Below, one piece after another: positions 25,567-38,571 of a stretch of DNA of 64,000 bases. The stretch is from Squalus acanthias (taxonomy: Eukaryota). Position 1 is the first letter of the stretch, and each line of letters starts with the position of its first letter. The stretch is taken from positions 248,001 to 312,000 of the forward strand of contig JASTWF010000355.1 of NCBI GenBank assembly GCA_030390025.1. The letters run 5' to 3'. The position numbers were made by a program, and so were the translations under genes. A model generated the notes under the pieces. That model was not told the origin of the DNA, did no database searches, and was given only the letters and a program-made list of their open reading frames with translations.

Positions 25567-28500
25567 AAACCACTTTCTACATTCATTAACTGATGAAACC
25601 ACTCTCTATATTCAATAACTGATCAAATCATTCTCTATATTCATTAACTGATCAAACCACTCTCTTTATTAATTAACTGAACAAACCACTCTCTATATTC
25701 ATTAACTGATCACACCACTCTCTATATTCATTAACTGATCAAACCACTATCTATATTCATTAACTGAACAAACCACTCCCTACATTCATTAACTGATCAA
25801 ACCACTCTCTATATTCATTAACTGATCAAACCACTCTGTATATTCATTAACTGATCCAACCAATCTCTATATTCATTAACTGATCAAAACACTCTCTATA
25901 TTCATTAACTGATCAAACCAATCTCTATATGCATTAACTAATCAAAGCACTCTATATATTAATTAACTAATCAAACCACTCTCTATATTCATTAACTGAT
26001 CAAACCTCTCTCTATATTAATTAATTGATCAAACCACTCTCTATATTCATTAACTGATCAAACCAATCTCTATATTCACTAACTGATCAAAACACTCTCT
26101 ATATTCATTAACTGATCAAACCATTCTCTATATTCATTAATTGATCAAACCACTCTCTATATTCTTTAACTAATCAAACCACTCTCTATATTCATTAACT
26201 GATCAAACCACTATCTATATTCATTAACTGATCAAAACACTCTCTATATTCAGTAACTGATCAAACCAATCTCTATATTCATGAACTGAACAAATCACTC
26301 TCTCGATTCATTTACTGATCAAACCACTCTCTATATTCATTAACTGATCAAACCACTCTCTGTATTCATTAACTGATCAAATCACTCTCTCTATTCATTT
26401 ACTGATCAAACCACTCTCTATATTCATTAACTGATCAAACCACTGTCTATATTCATCAAATGATCAAATCTCTCTCTCTATTCATTAACTGATCAAACCA
26501 CTATCTATAATCATTACTGATCAAACCACTCTCTATATTCATTAACTGATCAAACCACTCTCTACATTCATTTACTGATCAAACCACTCTCTATATTCAT
26601 TAACTGCTCAAACCACTCTCTATATTCATTAACTGATCAAACAACTCTCTATATTCATTAACTGATCAAACCACTCTCTATATTCAGTAATTGATCAAAC
26701 CAATCTCTATATTCATTAACTGATCAAATCACTCTCTATATTCATTTACGGATCAAACCCATCTCTGAATTCATTAACTGATGAAACCACTCTCGATATT
26801 CACTAACTGATCACACCAGACTCTAAATTCATCAAATGATCAAATCTCGCTCTCTCTATTCATTAACTGATCAAAACACTCTCTATATTCATTCACTGAT
26901 CTAACCACTCTCTTTATTTATTAACTGATCAAACCACTCTCTATTCATTAAATGATCAAATCACTCTCTATATACATTAACTGATCAAACCACTCTCTAT
27001 ATTCATTAATTAATCAAACCACTCTCTATGTTCATTAACTGATCAAACCACTCTCTATAAACATTTACTGATGAAACCAATCTCTATATTAACTAACTGA
27101 TCCAAACACTATTTATATTCATTAACTGATCAAACCATTCTCTATATTCATTCACTGATCAAACCACTCTGCAAATTGATTAACTGATCAAACCACTCTC
27201 TATATTCATTAACTGATCAAACTACTCTCTCTATTCATTCACTGATCAAACCACGCTCTATATTTATTTACTGACCAAACGACTCTCTGTATTCATTAAC
27301 TGATCAAACCACTATCTATATTCATTAACTGTTCCAACCACTCTCTATATTCATTAACTGATCAAATCACTTTCAATATTCATTAGCTGATCAAACCACT
27401 CTCTATATTCATTCACTGATCAAACCACTCTCTATATTAATTAACTGACCCAACCACTGTCTATATTCATTATCTGATCAAACCACTCTCTATATTCACG
27501 AACTGATCAAAATACTCTTTATATTCATTAATTGATCACACCACTGCCGATATTCATTAACAGAGCAAACTACTCTCTATATTCATTAACTGATCAAATC
27601 ACTCTCTATATTCAGTAACTGATCAAACCAATCTCTATATTCATGAACTGAACAAATCACTCTCTCTATTCATTTACTGATCAAACCACTCTCTATATTC
27701 ATTAACTGATCAAACCACTCTCTATATTCATTAACTGATCAAATCACTCTCTATATTCATTAACTGATCAAACCAATCTCTATATTCATTAACTGATCAA
27801 ATCACTCTCTATATTCATTTACGGATCAAACCCATCTCTGAATTCATTAACTGATGAAACCACTCTCGATATTAACTAACTGATCACACCAGACTCTATA
27901 TTCATCAAATGATCAAATCTCTCTCTCTCTATTCATTAACTGATCAAAACACTCTCTATATTCATTCACTGATCTAACCACTCTCTTTATTTATTAACTG
28001 ATCAAACCACTCTCTATTCATTAACTGATCAAATCACTCTCTATATACATTAACTGATCAAACCACTCTCTATATTCATTAATTAATCAAACCACTCTCT
28101 ATGTTCATTAACTGATCAAACCACTCTCTATAAACATTTACTGATGAAACCAATCTCTATATTAACTAACTGATCCAAACACTATTTATATTCATTAACT
28201 GATCAAACCACTCTCTATATTCATTAACTGATCAAACCACTCTCTATATTCACTAACTGCTCAAACCACTCTCTATATTCATTAACTGATCAAACCACTC
28301 CCTATGTTCATTATCATATCAAACCACTCTCTATATTTATTAACTGACAAACTAATCTCTTAATTCATTTACTGCGCAAACCACTCTCTATATTCATCAA
28401 CTGATCAAAACACTCTCTATATTCATTAACTGATCAAAACATTCTCTCTAATCATTTACTGATCAAAACACTCTCTATATTCATTTACTGATCCAACCAC

Positions 28501-31309
28501 TCTCTATATTCATTAACTTTCAAACCGCTCTTTCTTTTCATTAACTGATCAAACCACTCTCTATAATGATTAACTGATCAAACCACTCTCTTTAATCATT
28601 AACTGGTCCAACCACTCTCTATATTCATTAACTGATCAAACAACTCTCTATATTCATTAACTGATCAAACAACTCTCTATATTCAATAACTGATCAAACC
28701 ACTCTCTTTAATCATTAACTGGTCCAACCACTCTCTATATTCATTAACTGATCAAACCACTGTCTATATTCATTAACTGATCAAATCACTCTCTATATTC
28801 ATTTACTGATCAAACCAATCTCTGAATTCATGAACTGATGAAACCACTCTCTATATTCACTAACTGATCACTCCAGACTCTATATTCATCAAATTATCAA
28901 ATCTCTCTCTCTCTATTCATTAACTGATCAAAACACTATTTATATCCATTAACTGATCAAACCACTCTCTATATTCATTCACTGATCAAACCACTCTGCA
29001 AATTGATTAACTGATCAAACCACTCTCTATATTCTTTAACTGATCAAACCACTCTCTATATTCATTAATTGATCAATTCACTCTCTATATTCATTAACTG
29101 ATCAAATCACTCTCTATATTCAGTAACTGATCAAACCACTCTCTATAATGATTAACTGATCAAATCACTCTCTATATTCATTAACTGATCAAACAACTCC
29201 CTATGTTCATTATCATATCAAATCACTCTCTATATTTATTAACTGACAAACTAATCTCTTAATTAATTAACTGCGCAAACCACTCTCTCTATTCATTAAC
29301 TGATCAAAACGCTCTCTATATTCATTTACTGATCCAACCACTCTCTATATTCATTAACTTTCAAACCGCTCTTTCATTGCATTAACTGATCAAACCACTC
29401 TCTATAATGATTAACTGATCAAACCACTCCCTTTAATCATTAACTGGTCCAACCACTCTCTGTATTCATTAACTTATCAAACCACTCTCTGTATTCATTA
29501 ACTGATCAAACCACTCTCTATAATGATTAACTGATCAAACCACTCCCTTTAATCATTAACTGGTCCAACCACTCTCTGTATTCATTAACTGATCAAACCA
29601 CTCTCTATATTCATTAACTGATCAAACCACTCTCTATATTCATTAATTGATCAATTCACTCTCTATATTCATTAACTGATCAAATCACTCTCTATATTCA
29701 GTAACTGATCAAACCAATCTCTATATTCATGAACTGATCAAATCATTCTCTCTATTCATTTACTGATCAAACCACTCTCTATATTCACTAACTGAGCAAA
29801 CCACTCTCTATATTCACTAACTGCTCCAACCACTCTCTATATTCATTAACTGATCAAACCACTCTCTATATTCTTTAACTGAACAAACCACTCTCTATAT
29901 TCATTAATTGATCAATTCACTCTCTATATTCATTAACTGATCAAATCACTCTCTATATTCAGTAACTGATCAAACCAATCTCTATATTCATGAACTGATC
30001 AAATCATTCTCTCTATTCATTTACTGATCAAACCACTCTCTATATTCACTAACTGAGCAAACCACTCTCTATATTCACTAACTGCTCCAACCACTCTCTA
30101 TATTCATTAACTGATCAAACCACTCTCTATATTCTTTAACTGAACAAACCACTCTCTATATTCATTAATTGATCAATTCACTCTCTATATTCATTAACTG
30201 ATCAAATCACTCTCTATATTTATTAACTGACAAACTAATCTCTTAATTCATTAACTGCGCAAACCACTCTCGATATTCATTAACTGATCAAGCCACTCTC
30301 TCTATTCATTAACTGATCAAACCACTCTCTATATTCATTAACTGATCAAAACATTCTCTCTAATCATTAACTGATCAAAACACTCTCTATATTCATTTAC
30401 TGATCCAACCACTCTCTATATTCATTAACTTTCAAGCCGCTCTTTCTTTTCATTAACTGATCAAACCACTCTCTATAATCATTAACTGTTCCAACCACTC
30501 TCTATATTCATTAACTGATCAAACCACTCCCTATATTCATTAACTGATCAAACCACTCTCTATATTCATTAACTGAACAAACCACTCTCTATATTCTTTA
30601 ACTGATCAAACCACTCTCTATATTCATTAACTGATCAAATCACTCTCTCTATTCATTTACTGATCAAAACACTCTCTATATTCATTAACTGATCAAACCA
30701 CTCTCTATATTCAGTAACTGATCAAACCACTCTCTATATTCATTAACTGATCAAACCACTCTCTACAATCATTAACTGATCAAACCACTCTCTATATTCA
30801 CTAACTGCTCCAACCACTCTCTATATTCATTAACTGTTCAAACCACTCCCTATGTTCATTATCATATCAAACCACTCTCTATATTCATTAACTGATCCCA
30901 CCACTCTCTATATTCATTCACTGATTAAACCACTCTCTATATTCATTAACTGATCAAATCACTCTCTATATTCATTAACTGAACAAACCACTCTCTATTC
31001 ATTACTGATCAAATCACTCTCTGTGTTCATTAACTGATTAAACCACTCTCTATATTCATTAACTGATCAAACCACTCTCTATATTCATTTACTGATCAAA
31101 CCACTCTCTATATTCATTAACTGATCAATCCACTCTCTATTAATTAACTGATCAAACCACTCTCTATATTAGACTAAAATTAGCTGTTCCTTCGGAATGA
31201 TTATTAATCAAGAAATCGTAGGCTCTTGCAGGAAAGGTAATGCGATAATATATTTGGACTGTAATCTTCATATCGACTGTACAAATCAAATTTGCAAAGG
31301 TCGTCTTGA

Positions 31310-31540
31310 GGACGAGAGTGTGTGTCTAAAATCTGGAATGCACGACCCGAAAGCGTGCTGAATGCAGATTCCATGGGAAATCTCAAACTGATTTTTTACA
31401 TGTGGTAGACAACTATTTGCAGTGTTATGGAGAGGAAATTGGGGTGTGGGACTATATTGGACAGTTCTTTCAAAGAGCCAGCACAGGCACGATGGACCGA
31501 ATGTCGACCTTCTGTAATGTAAGATTCAGTGATTCTATAG
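31310..31540 (+). mobile_element. Degraded CR1 3' end
   Basis: atctggaatgcac...ttcaaagagccagcacaggcacgatggaccgaatg, similar to 39600-39790. Confidence 0.65.
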
Positions 31541-31807
31541 TATGATAGTGTATTTTAGTGCATTAATTGCATTATGGTGTATTTTATGGTATTTGACTCT
31601 ATTATAATTAAATATTTGTATTATAATGTTTCATATGTTAATGTATTACTTATAGCTCTCTAAATATATTATTATGTATCACATGGTATTAAACTGTGTT
31701 GAAGTACACTAATTACATTACAGTGCATTATTGGTATTATACTATATTATAATTGAATGAATTCTATTACGGTGCGCTTTTCAGCATTATAATGTATTAT
31801 ATGGAGA

Positions 31808-32275
31808 GGGTCAGCAGTGGCTCAGTTGGTAGTACTCTCGCCTCTGATTCAGAAGTTAGTTGGTTCAAAGTTCCTCCCCAGAGACTGAGAATAAACATCT
31901 AGGCTGACACTCCATGCAGTACTGAGGAAGTGAAGTACTGGGGTTGCGCTGCACTGTCAGAGGTGTGTCTTCCGGATGAGAAGTGAAATTAGAAGCCCCG
32001 TCTGCTCTCTCTGGAGGGAGTAAATAATCCCATGTCACGATTTCAAAGAGGAGTGGGGAACATATCGCTGAAGTCCTGAGCAAAAAGTGTATCCGTCAAT
32101 CAACAAGACAAGATTATCTGGTCAAACCAACGTTGCTGTTTGAGGGAGCTTGCTGTGCAGAATTTTGCTGGCGGGTTTCCTACATTAAAACGGTGACAGT
32201 ACTTAATTGGCTGTACAGTGCTATGGGATCGGAGGTCGTGAAAGGCGCTATATGAATGCACGTTTCTCTGTCTTT
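31808..32275 (+). mobile_element. tRNA-derived SINE, probably Deu-domain type (SacSINE1-like), with an L2-type tail
   Basis: A box tggctcagttgg, B-box-like ggttcaaagttcc, central ggctgacactcc..gcagtactgagg, 3' gaaaggcgctatatgaatgca. Family assignment is from memory. Confidence 0.7.
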
Positions 32276-32419
32276 CTGGAGCATCAATTGTGTTCTGGTG
32301 CTTTTCATGGTATTGCACTGGATTATCTTGTAACTCACTGATTTAGCTGCGGTATAGCGCACTATATGGTGTTATGCTGTATTCTACTGAATCAATTGTA
32401 TTACAGTGCACCATAAGAA

Positions 32420-32785
32420 TATAACAACATAAGAATTCGAAGCAGGAGTAGGCCATTTGGCGCCTCGAGCCTGCTCCACCATTCAATAAGGTGACGGTTA
32501 GTCTTCGACCTTAACTCCAGTTTCCGTTCGATCCCCATACCTCGTGATTCCCTTAGTGCCCAACAATTTATCGATCTCCGCCTTGAATATACTCAATGAC
32601 TGAGCATCCACAGCCCTCTGCGGTAGAGAATTCCAAAGATTCACTACCCTCTGAGCGAAGAGATTCCTTCTCATCTCAGTCTTAAATTGCCGACCCCTGA
32701 TCCTGCGACTATGCCCCCTAGTTCTAGACTCCCCAGCGCGGGAAAAAAAACTCTCAGCATCTACCATGTCAATCCCTCTCAGATA
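32420..32785 (-). mobile_element. CR1 (HER1-like) 3' end
   Basis: Minus ORF ...SRTRGHSRRIRGRQFKTEMRRNLFAQRVVNLWNSLPQ plus the antisense tail. Confidence 0.9.
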
Positions 32786-33273
32786 CGGTGCTATACTATA
32801 TTATACTGAGTTAGATTTATTACAGTGCACGATGTGGTGTGGTGATGCTGCATCACCCATGTACCAAGACGACACAATGAATCAAATGGTTTACTTTCGG
32901 CTCCTAAGTGAGATTGACTGAATTTGAACCGCTGCACACCGTGTAGTGAAGATGCTCTCACAATGCTATTGGGTAGGGAGTTCAAGGATTTGAACCGAGT
33001 GATAATATTATGTCCAAGTCAGGGTGGTGTTTGACTTGGAGGGGAATTCGGAGCTGATGCTGTTCCCCCCGCACCTGCTGCACTTGATCTTCTTGCTGGT
33101 GGAAATCGCGGCTTTGGGAGGAGTTGCCGAAGAGGTCTTGGCGGGTTGCTGCCGTGCACACTCTAGATAGTGCTCACTGCAGCCACCGTCCGCCAATGGC
33201 GGAGTGAGTGAATGCGAAGGATTAATGTGGAAGAGCTGGATCAAATATCGAAGTTACAATTTTCCTGTGAAAA

Positions 33274-33374
33274 GTTCTGACGAAAGGTCTTCGACCTGAA
33301 ACGTTAACTCTGTTTCTCTCTCCACGGTCGCTGCCTGGCCTGCTGAGTTTTTCCAGTGTTTTCTTTTGTTATTT
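33274..33374 (+). mobile_element. ~100-bp hammerhead-only Penelope terminal insertion
   Basis: gttCTGACGAaaggtcttcgacctGAAACgttaact is identical to 11041-11076. TSD CTGTGAAAA at 33265-33273 and 33375-33383. Confidence 0.85.
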
Positions 33375-33444
33375 CTGTGAAAATCTTGCCTGTGTTGTGA
33401 TTCTCAGCTGTCATTTCCTTGTCTTTTCCTGCTCTTGTTAACAG

Positions 33445-34360
33445 TGAATTTGGTGGCGATTGTGATCCTGTCGCGGGGAAGGTGCGGCCTCTAAAGATGC
33501 ATCACTCACTACCTGGTGGGTGGGGCAGCGACGGATCTGCTGGTCATCGTCACCGCAGTGATACTGAACCGGATCGGTGGGATTTATTTCCGGGACAGTT
33601 TGCTCTCCACCACTCCCGCCTGTAGTCTCAGTACGGTGCTGGTTTACAGAACCAAAGGCAGTTTGGTCTGGTTAACGGTCGCTTTCACCTTAGATCGATT
33701 CGTAGCCATTTGTTGGCAGGAGCTGAAAACGAGATATTGCACCGAGTAAACGGCGGCTGTGGTTATAGCGGCTGTTTGTGGGCTGAGCTGTTTCAAAAAC
33801 ATCCCCTTTTACTTTACATTCCAGCCATTGTATAAAGTCAACAGAGTGCCGTGGATCTGTGACATCCAGTTAAGCTTCTGCACTTCCCCTGCATGGGAAG
33901 CCTATGACTGGCTCGACCATATTTTAACACCGTGTCTCCCTTTCTTTCTAAATCGGCTGCTCAATGTTCTCACCGTCATGCACATTGTAGCGGCCAGTCG
34001 AGCCCTCAGGGGACTCCGGGGTAACAGGGACGGTGAGAATCACAGTTACCCAGAGATGGTGAACCGGAGAACATCTATCATTTTACTGTTCGGGATATCC
34101 TCAGTTTCCTGCTGTTGTGGATAACGTAAGTCGTTCACTTCCTGTACGTCATAATTATCGACGATTCCGATTTCACAGGTTTCAATTTCAATGATCAACG
34201 CTTTATTCGCCAAGAAAGTACAACCATGCTCCATCTGCTCAGCTCCTGCACCAACACATTTATTTCTACAGTGACCCAGGCTAAATTCAGAGAAGAGTTG
34301 AAGAATGTGGTGAGATATCCCTTCACCTTGCTTGTGAATTGCTTTAAGCATTGCAGGTGA
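33445..34360 (+). pseudogene. GPR139-like receptor pseudogene (exon 2 only detected)
   Basis: Acceptor ttaacag|TGAATTTGGTGGCG (VNLVAIVILSRGRCGL). In-frame TAA at 33492 and 33747, a frameshift near 34100, then QAKFREELKNVVRYPF...TGA at 34358-34360. Confidence 0.92.
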
Positions 34361-34789
34361 ACACTTCCGGCGTTAATTATGGGTCACGTTCCGCCCTGTG
34401 TTATTTCTAATTTCGGTTTTGGAACTCGGTTTCTTCCACTTTCCCCTGGACCCTAATTAGAATTGGAAGCACGCCCTGCGAGACACTTCCCCAGCAAGGT
34501 TACCCCACACTTAAAATAAACCACTTGCATGTATAAAGCGCCGTTCATGTCCTTGTGTAAGCAGTTCGATTCCCACACCAAATAGAGGTTTGCGACCTTT
34601 CTCCCTTTACTGTATTTGACACACACAGTGTCATTATTCAGTCGACATACGGAGAAATAAACGATATTAATGCGATTTCCCAGCGTAGAGATGTAACCGT
34701 GTCCATCTTTTTTGATTCTGAAACTCGCTGCAACTTTTTAAGTAAAGGTAACCGTCTTTATATTAAGATTTCATACACAGCACTACCTC

Positions 34790-35765
34790 TCCTCCACTTC
34801 TTTCGAACCCTCTACCAACTCTCTGCTATCCGACTGCTTGTCTGCCATCCACTAATGGAAGATTTGAAGTTTCCTCTAATTAAATATCAGATATACCGAA
34901 GCCATTTTTCTCGGTTTACTCGCCAAACTCCATTCCATTTCCACTGAATCGATCTCTCTCCCGGCAACTGTCTATAGCTGACCATTTCCACTGATTCGAT
35001 CTCTCTCCCGGCAAATGTCTATAGCTGACCATGTCTGCACTCAACCTTGGTGTCATATTTGATCAGGAATTGAGCTTCCAACCTCATATCCATTCTATCA
35101 CTAAAACTGGCCATTTCCACCTTCGTAATATTGCCAGTCTCCACCCGTACCTCAAATTATCTGCTGCTGAATCTCTCATCCATTCAATTATCACCTCTGG
35201 AATTGACCATTCCAATGCACTCCTGGCCGACCTCCCTAGTTCTACCCTTCATAAACTTGAGGTAATCTAAATCTCTCGCTCGCATGCTAACACGCAACAA
35301 TCCTGCTCACCCATCTCCCTTGGCTTGCTGCCCTACATTGGCTCCTAATTAAGCAACACCTCGATTTTAAAATTCGCATCCTTGTTCATTTCCCTCCATG
35401 GCCTCGGCCCTGTTTTTCTCTGTAATTTCCTCCAGCCCTAAAATCGCCCTAGAACTCTGCATTTCACCTATTCCGGACTTTTGAACATCCACGATTTAAT
35501 TGCCCCAACGTTGGCGGTCGTGCCTTCAGCTGCCTGTGCCCAAAGGTCTAGAATTCCCTCCCTAAAACTCGCCGCCTCGCTACTTATCTACCCTCCTTTA
35601 AGACACGCCTTAAAGCCTACCTCTTTAACCAGGTTTTGCTCATCTGCCCTAACCTCTCCTTAGATGACTCGGTGTCCATTTTATTTGGTTACACTCCTGT
35701 GAAGCGCCTTGCGACGTTTTATTACTTTAAAGTGTCAAAATAACTATAAGTTGATAAGTTGTTGT
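34790..35765 (+). mobile_element. L2 LINE 3' portion
   Basis: NLGVIFDQELSFQPHIHSITK..FHLRNI, followed by the L2 3' UTR. Confidence 0.85.
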
Positions 35766-36109
35766 TGCTTCTTTCGAAAACTGTTATTGCTGATTCAATA
35801 CAGCATGACAAGTGTTATTGTGAACAACAGCCCCAGAAAGAATATATTTCCTTCAAAACAACAGAGTCCAGCTTGTTTATCATTCTGTCCTATTGTCTGA
35901 CTTCCTATCTCAAGACAGTCTTGGTGATCTCGTTTTACGCTGCGCCGTAAAAAGAAGTAAGAAGACACGAATCGGACATCCTCACTTTCAGCAAAACCTA
36001 AACAACAGTTTCAGTTAAATTGTACCATGAATCATTAAACCTAAAACATCCTGGGAATGAACAACTTTTAAGCATTTCGTAATTTCTCGCTACAGGACAA
36101 TTTTACAGT

Positions 36110-37077
36110 TCATTGAGTCACGGGATGTGGGCGTGGCTGGCAAGGCCAGCATTTATTGCCCATTCATAATTGCTCTTGAGAAGGTGGTGGTGAACCCCCT
36201 TATACAAATGAGTGGCTTGCTTGCCATTTCAGAGGAAAGTTTATAGTCAACCACATTGCTGTGGGTCTGGAGTCAAATACAGGCCAGACCAGGTAACGAC
36301 GGCAATTTCCTTCCCTAAAGGATGTTCGTGAACCCGATGGGTTTTTACGACAATCCGGTAGTTTCATGGTCACCGTTACTGATAATACATTTTGTTGCAA
36401 ATTTAATAAATACATTTAATTTCCCCAGTTCCCGTGGTGGGATTTGAAAAATTGTCTCTGGATCATTCGTCCAGGCCTCTGGATAACTTCTATAATATAA
36501 ACACAAATTGCTGGAAATGCTCAGCAAGTGAGGCAGCATCTGTGGAGAGAAAAACCGAGTTAAACTTTCAGATCGATGAATTTCATCAGAACTGGAAAAA
36601 GTGAGCGACTAACAGATTTAAAACATGTGCAGGGGCAGGGAAACGGGGAGGGGATAAAGAACAAAGTGGAAGGTCTATGATAGGGTACAATGCAGGAGAG
36701 ATAAAATGACAAAATGTATGAATGTACAAAGCAAAAGGAGATGATAATGGGACAAGTAAATAAGCAAAAGAATAGTCTAGAAGAGGAGTAAATGGGAATG
36801 ACAGAAACATCAACAGCTGCCAAATGAAAACAATAGGCGCAAATGGTATGAAGTGAAATCTTTGACCACGATGATGTGTCCATCTGGCCGTAATGTGACG
36901 AAGCGAAAGGGCAGGCGCTGTTTGTCGAGCTTCTGTTGAGCTTCGTTGGAGCAGTGTAAGAGGCCGAGGACAGAGGTCAGATTGGGAGTGGATTAGAGAA
37001 GTAAAGTGAGAGAGGAAGCTCGGGCCCAGGCTCTGGATTACTGGTTCAGTAACATATCCACAATGCTGCCGTGCCCA
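36110..37077 (-). mobile_element. Probable tRNA-headed SINE with a CR1-like tail, split by a Penelope insertion
   Basis: Antisense B-box-like gggatttgaa. The segment ccagg(c)ctctggat.act recurs on both sides of 36490-37024. Confidence 0.5.
36500..37024 (-). mobile_element. Degraded Penelope-like 3' fragment, family 1, with a decayed hammerhead (~36557-36595)
   Basis: gctggaaatgctcagcaag..gcagcatctgtggagaga. The antisense strand reads CTGATGA..GAAAG, and there is a GIY-YIG remnant at 36900-37020. Confidence 0.7.
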
Positions 37078-37189
37078 TCAAACAAATCTAAAAGCTAACT
37101 ATAATTAAAAATAAACCAACAACTTTAAACTTATGAGATTAAACCAAATCCTAATCCAGATATATATGCATACACAGCTAGGGTATCTT

Positions 37190-37530
37190 GCACTTAGGAG
37201 GTCTCTAAGCTCTTCACAGGCATTGGAGTACTATTCAAGTGTCGTCATTGCTGCAATGTAGGAAATCACGCAATGAAGTCGCGCAGAAACTCCAATATAT
37301 AGCATTGAGAGAAATGGACATAGAGCCTGTGTTTGGGGCTACAAAATAATTTTCAGCACCCCAGGCAAAACTCCCCTTCTGTTATTACAGTAGCGCGTGG
37401 AATCTTTTACAACTACCTGAGAGGGCAGACAGGGAGACACTTTAACGTCGAATCAGAAGAACGACACCTCCGAGAGTGCCGTACTCTGTCAGAATTGCAT
37501 TGGGAGTATCAGCCTAGATTCTTGTATTTT
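37190..37530 (-). mobile_element. Degraded Deu-type SINE fragment
   Basis: Antisense similarity to 31808-32275 (atcagcctagat, gagagggcagac). Confidence 0.5.
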
Positions 37531-38571
37531 TGTTCTGAAAGCGATAGCACTGCCCTCAAAAAGCCCAGAATTCCAGACACACAACACACGTGTTGAGAGG
37601 TTCACCCTGGCTACACAATGTCAAAAGGACACGCAATATTACACCACCCACAACGGGACAGACACAAACAGAAGCAGCAAGGGAATTTCAGGACACACAA
37701 AGGGTGGGACAGAGAAATACACTGAGAAATCGAGAGAGAGACAGGCAAACACACCGAATAACACGAGGGAGAGACAGAGACTGAAAGAAAGACGGAGACT
37801 GCGAGAGACACATAGGGAGAGACAGACAGACAGCGAAACCGAGACTGAGAGGAAGAGAGAGAGACTTGTATGCAGGTGCTTTATGTTGGGAAAATATGTT
37901 TGCTGTTCTGTAAAGGTGTTCTTTGTTGTGCAAAGGTGTTCCCTGTTGTGTAAAGCTGTTCTCTGTTGTGTAAAGGAGTTCCCTGTTGTGTAAAGCTGTT
38001 CTCTGTTGTGTAACGGTTTTCCCTGTCGTGTAAAGGTGTTCCCTGTTGTGCTACGGTGTCCCCTGTTATGTAAACTTGTTCCCTAATGTGTAGCAGAATG
38101 CTATGTTGTTTAACGGTAATCCCTGTTGCGTAAAGGTGTTCCCTGCTGTGTAAAGTTGTTCCCTGTTGTGTAAAGTTGATGCCTCTCAGTGCTGTGTGTT
38201 AGCGAGACAAATATCAGCCTCCGGGCTGTATTGAAAGCGATAGCATGGCCTCAAATAGCCAGAGTCCCGGACACAGCAACACGCGTGTCGTGAGGCTCAT
38301 CCTGGCTACCCCATGTTACAAAAACACTCACTATTACAACACCCACAATGGGACAGACACAGAATGAAACACAAAAAAACAGCAAGGGGCTTTCTGGGCA
38401 CACAACGCGAGGGAAAGAGAAAGACACTTAGGAAACCAGACAGAGACAGACAAACAAACTGAACAGCACGAGGGTGAAACAGAGCCTGAGGGAAAGGCAC
38501 AGACTGCGAGGGAGAAAGAGGGAGAGTTAGACAGACAGAGAAATGGAGACTGCGAGCAATAGAAAGACTAG

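Larger units (their letters stand above)
16307..31172. repeat. 29-bp tandem satellite, consensus ACTGATCAAACCACTCTCTATATTCATTA, roughly 380 monomers
   Basis: Period of 29 read directly (e.g. tgatc at 16861 and 16890). Interrupted by one CR1 and three Penelope fragments. Confidence 0.97.

Noticed and set aside
16307..31172. CRISPR-like array or hammerhead in the 29-bp repeat (CTGATCA/CTGATGAAA)
   Set aside because: The monomers are head-to-tail without unique spacers, the context is eukaryotic, and no stem II or III can form.
31820..31880. tRNA gene suggested by A/B boxes
   Set aside because: No full cloverleaf forms. It is the head of a SINE.
34936..35030. 47-bp tandem duplication inside an L2
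   Set aside because: This is an ordinary slippage duplication in a dead element.
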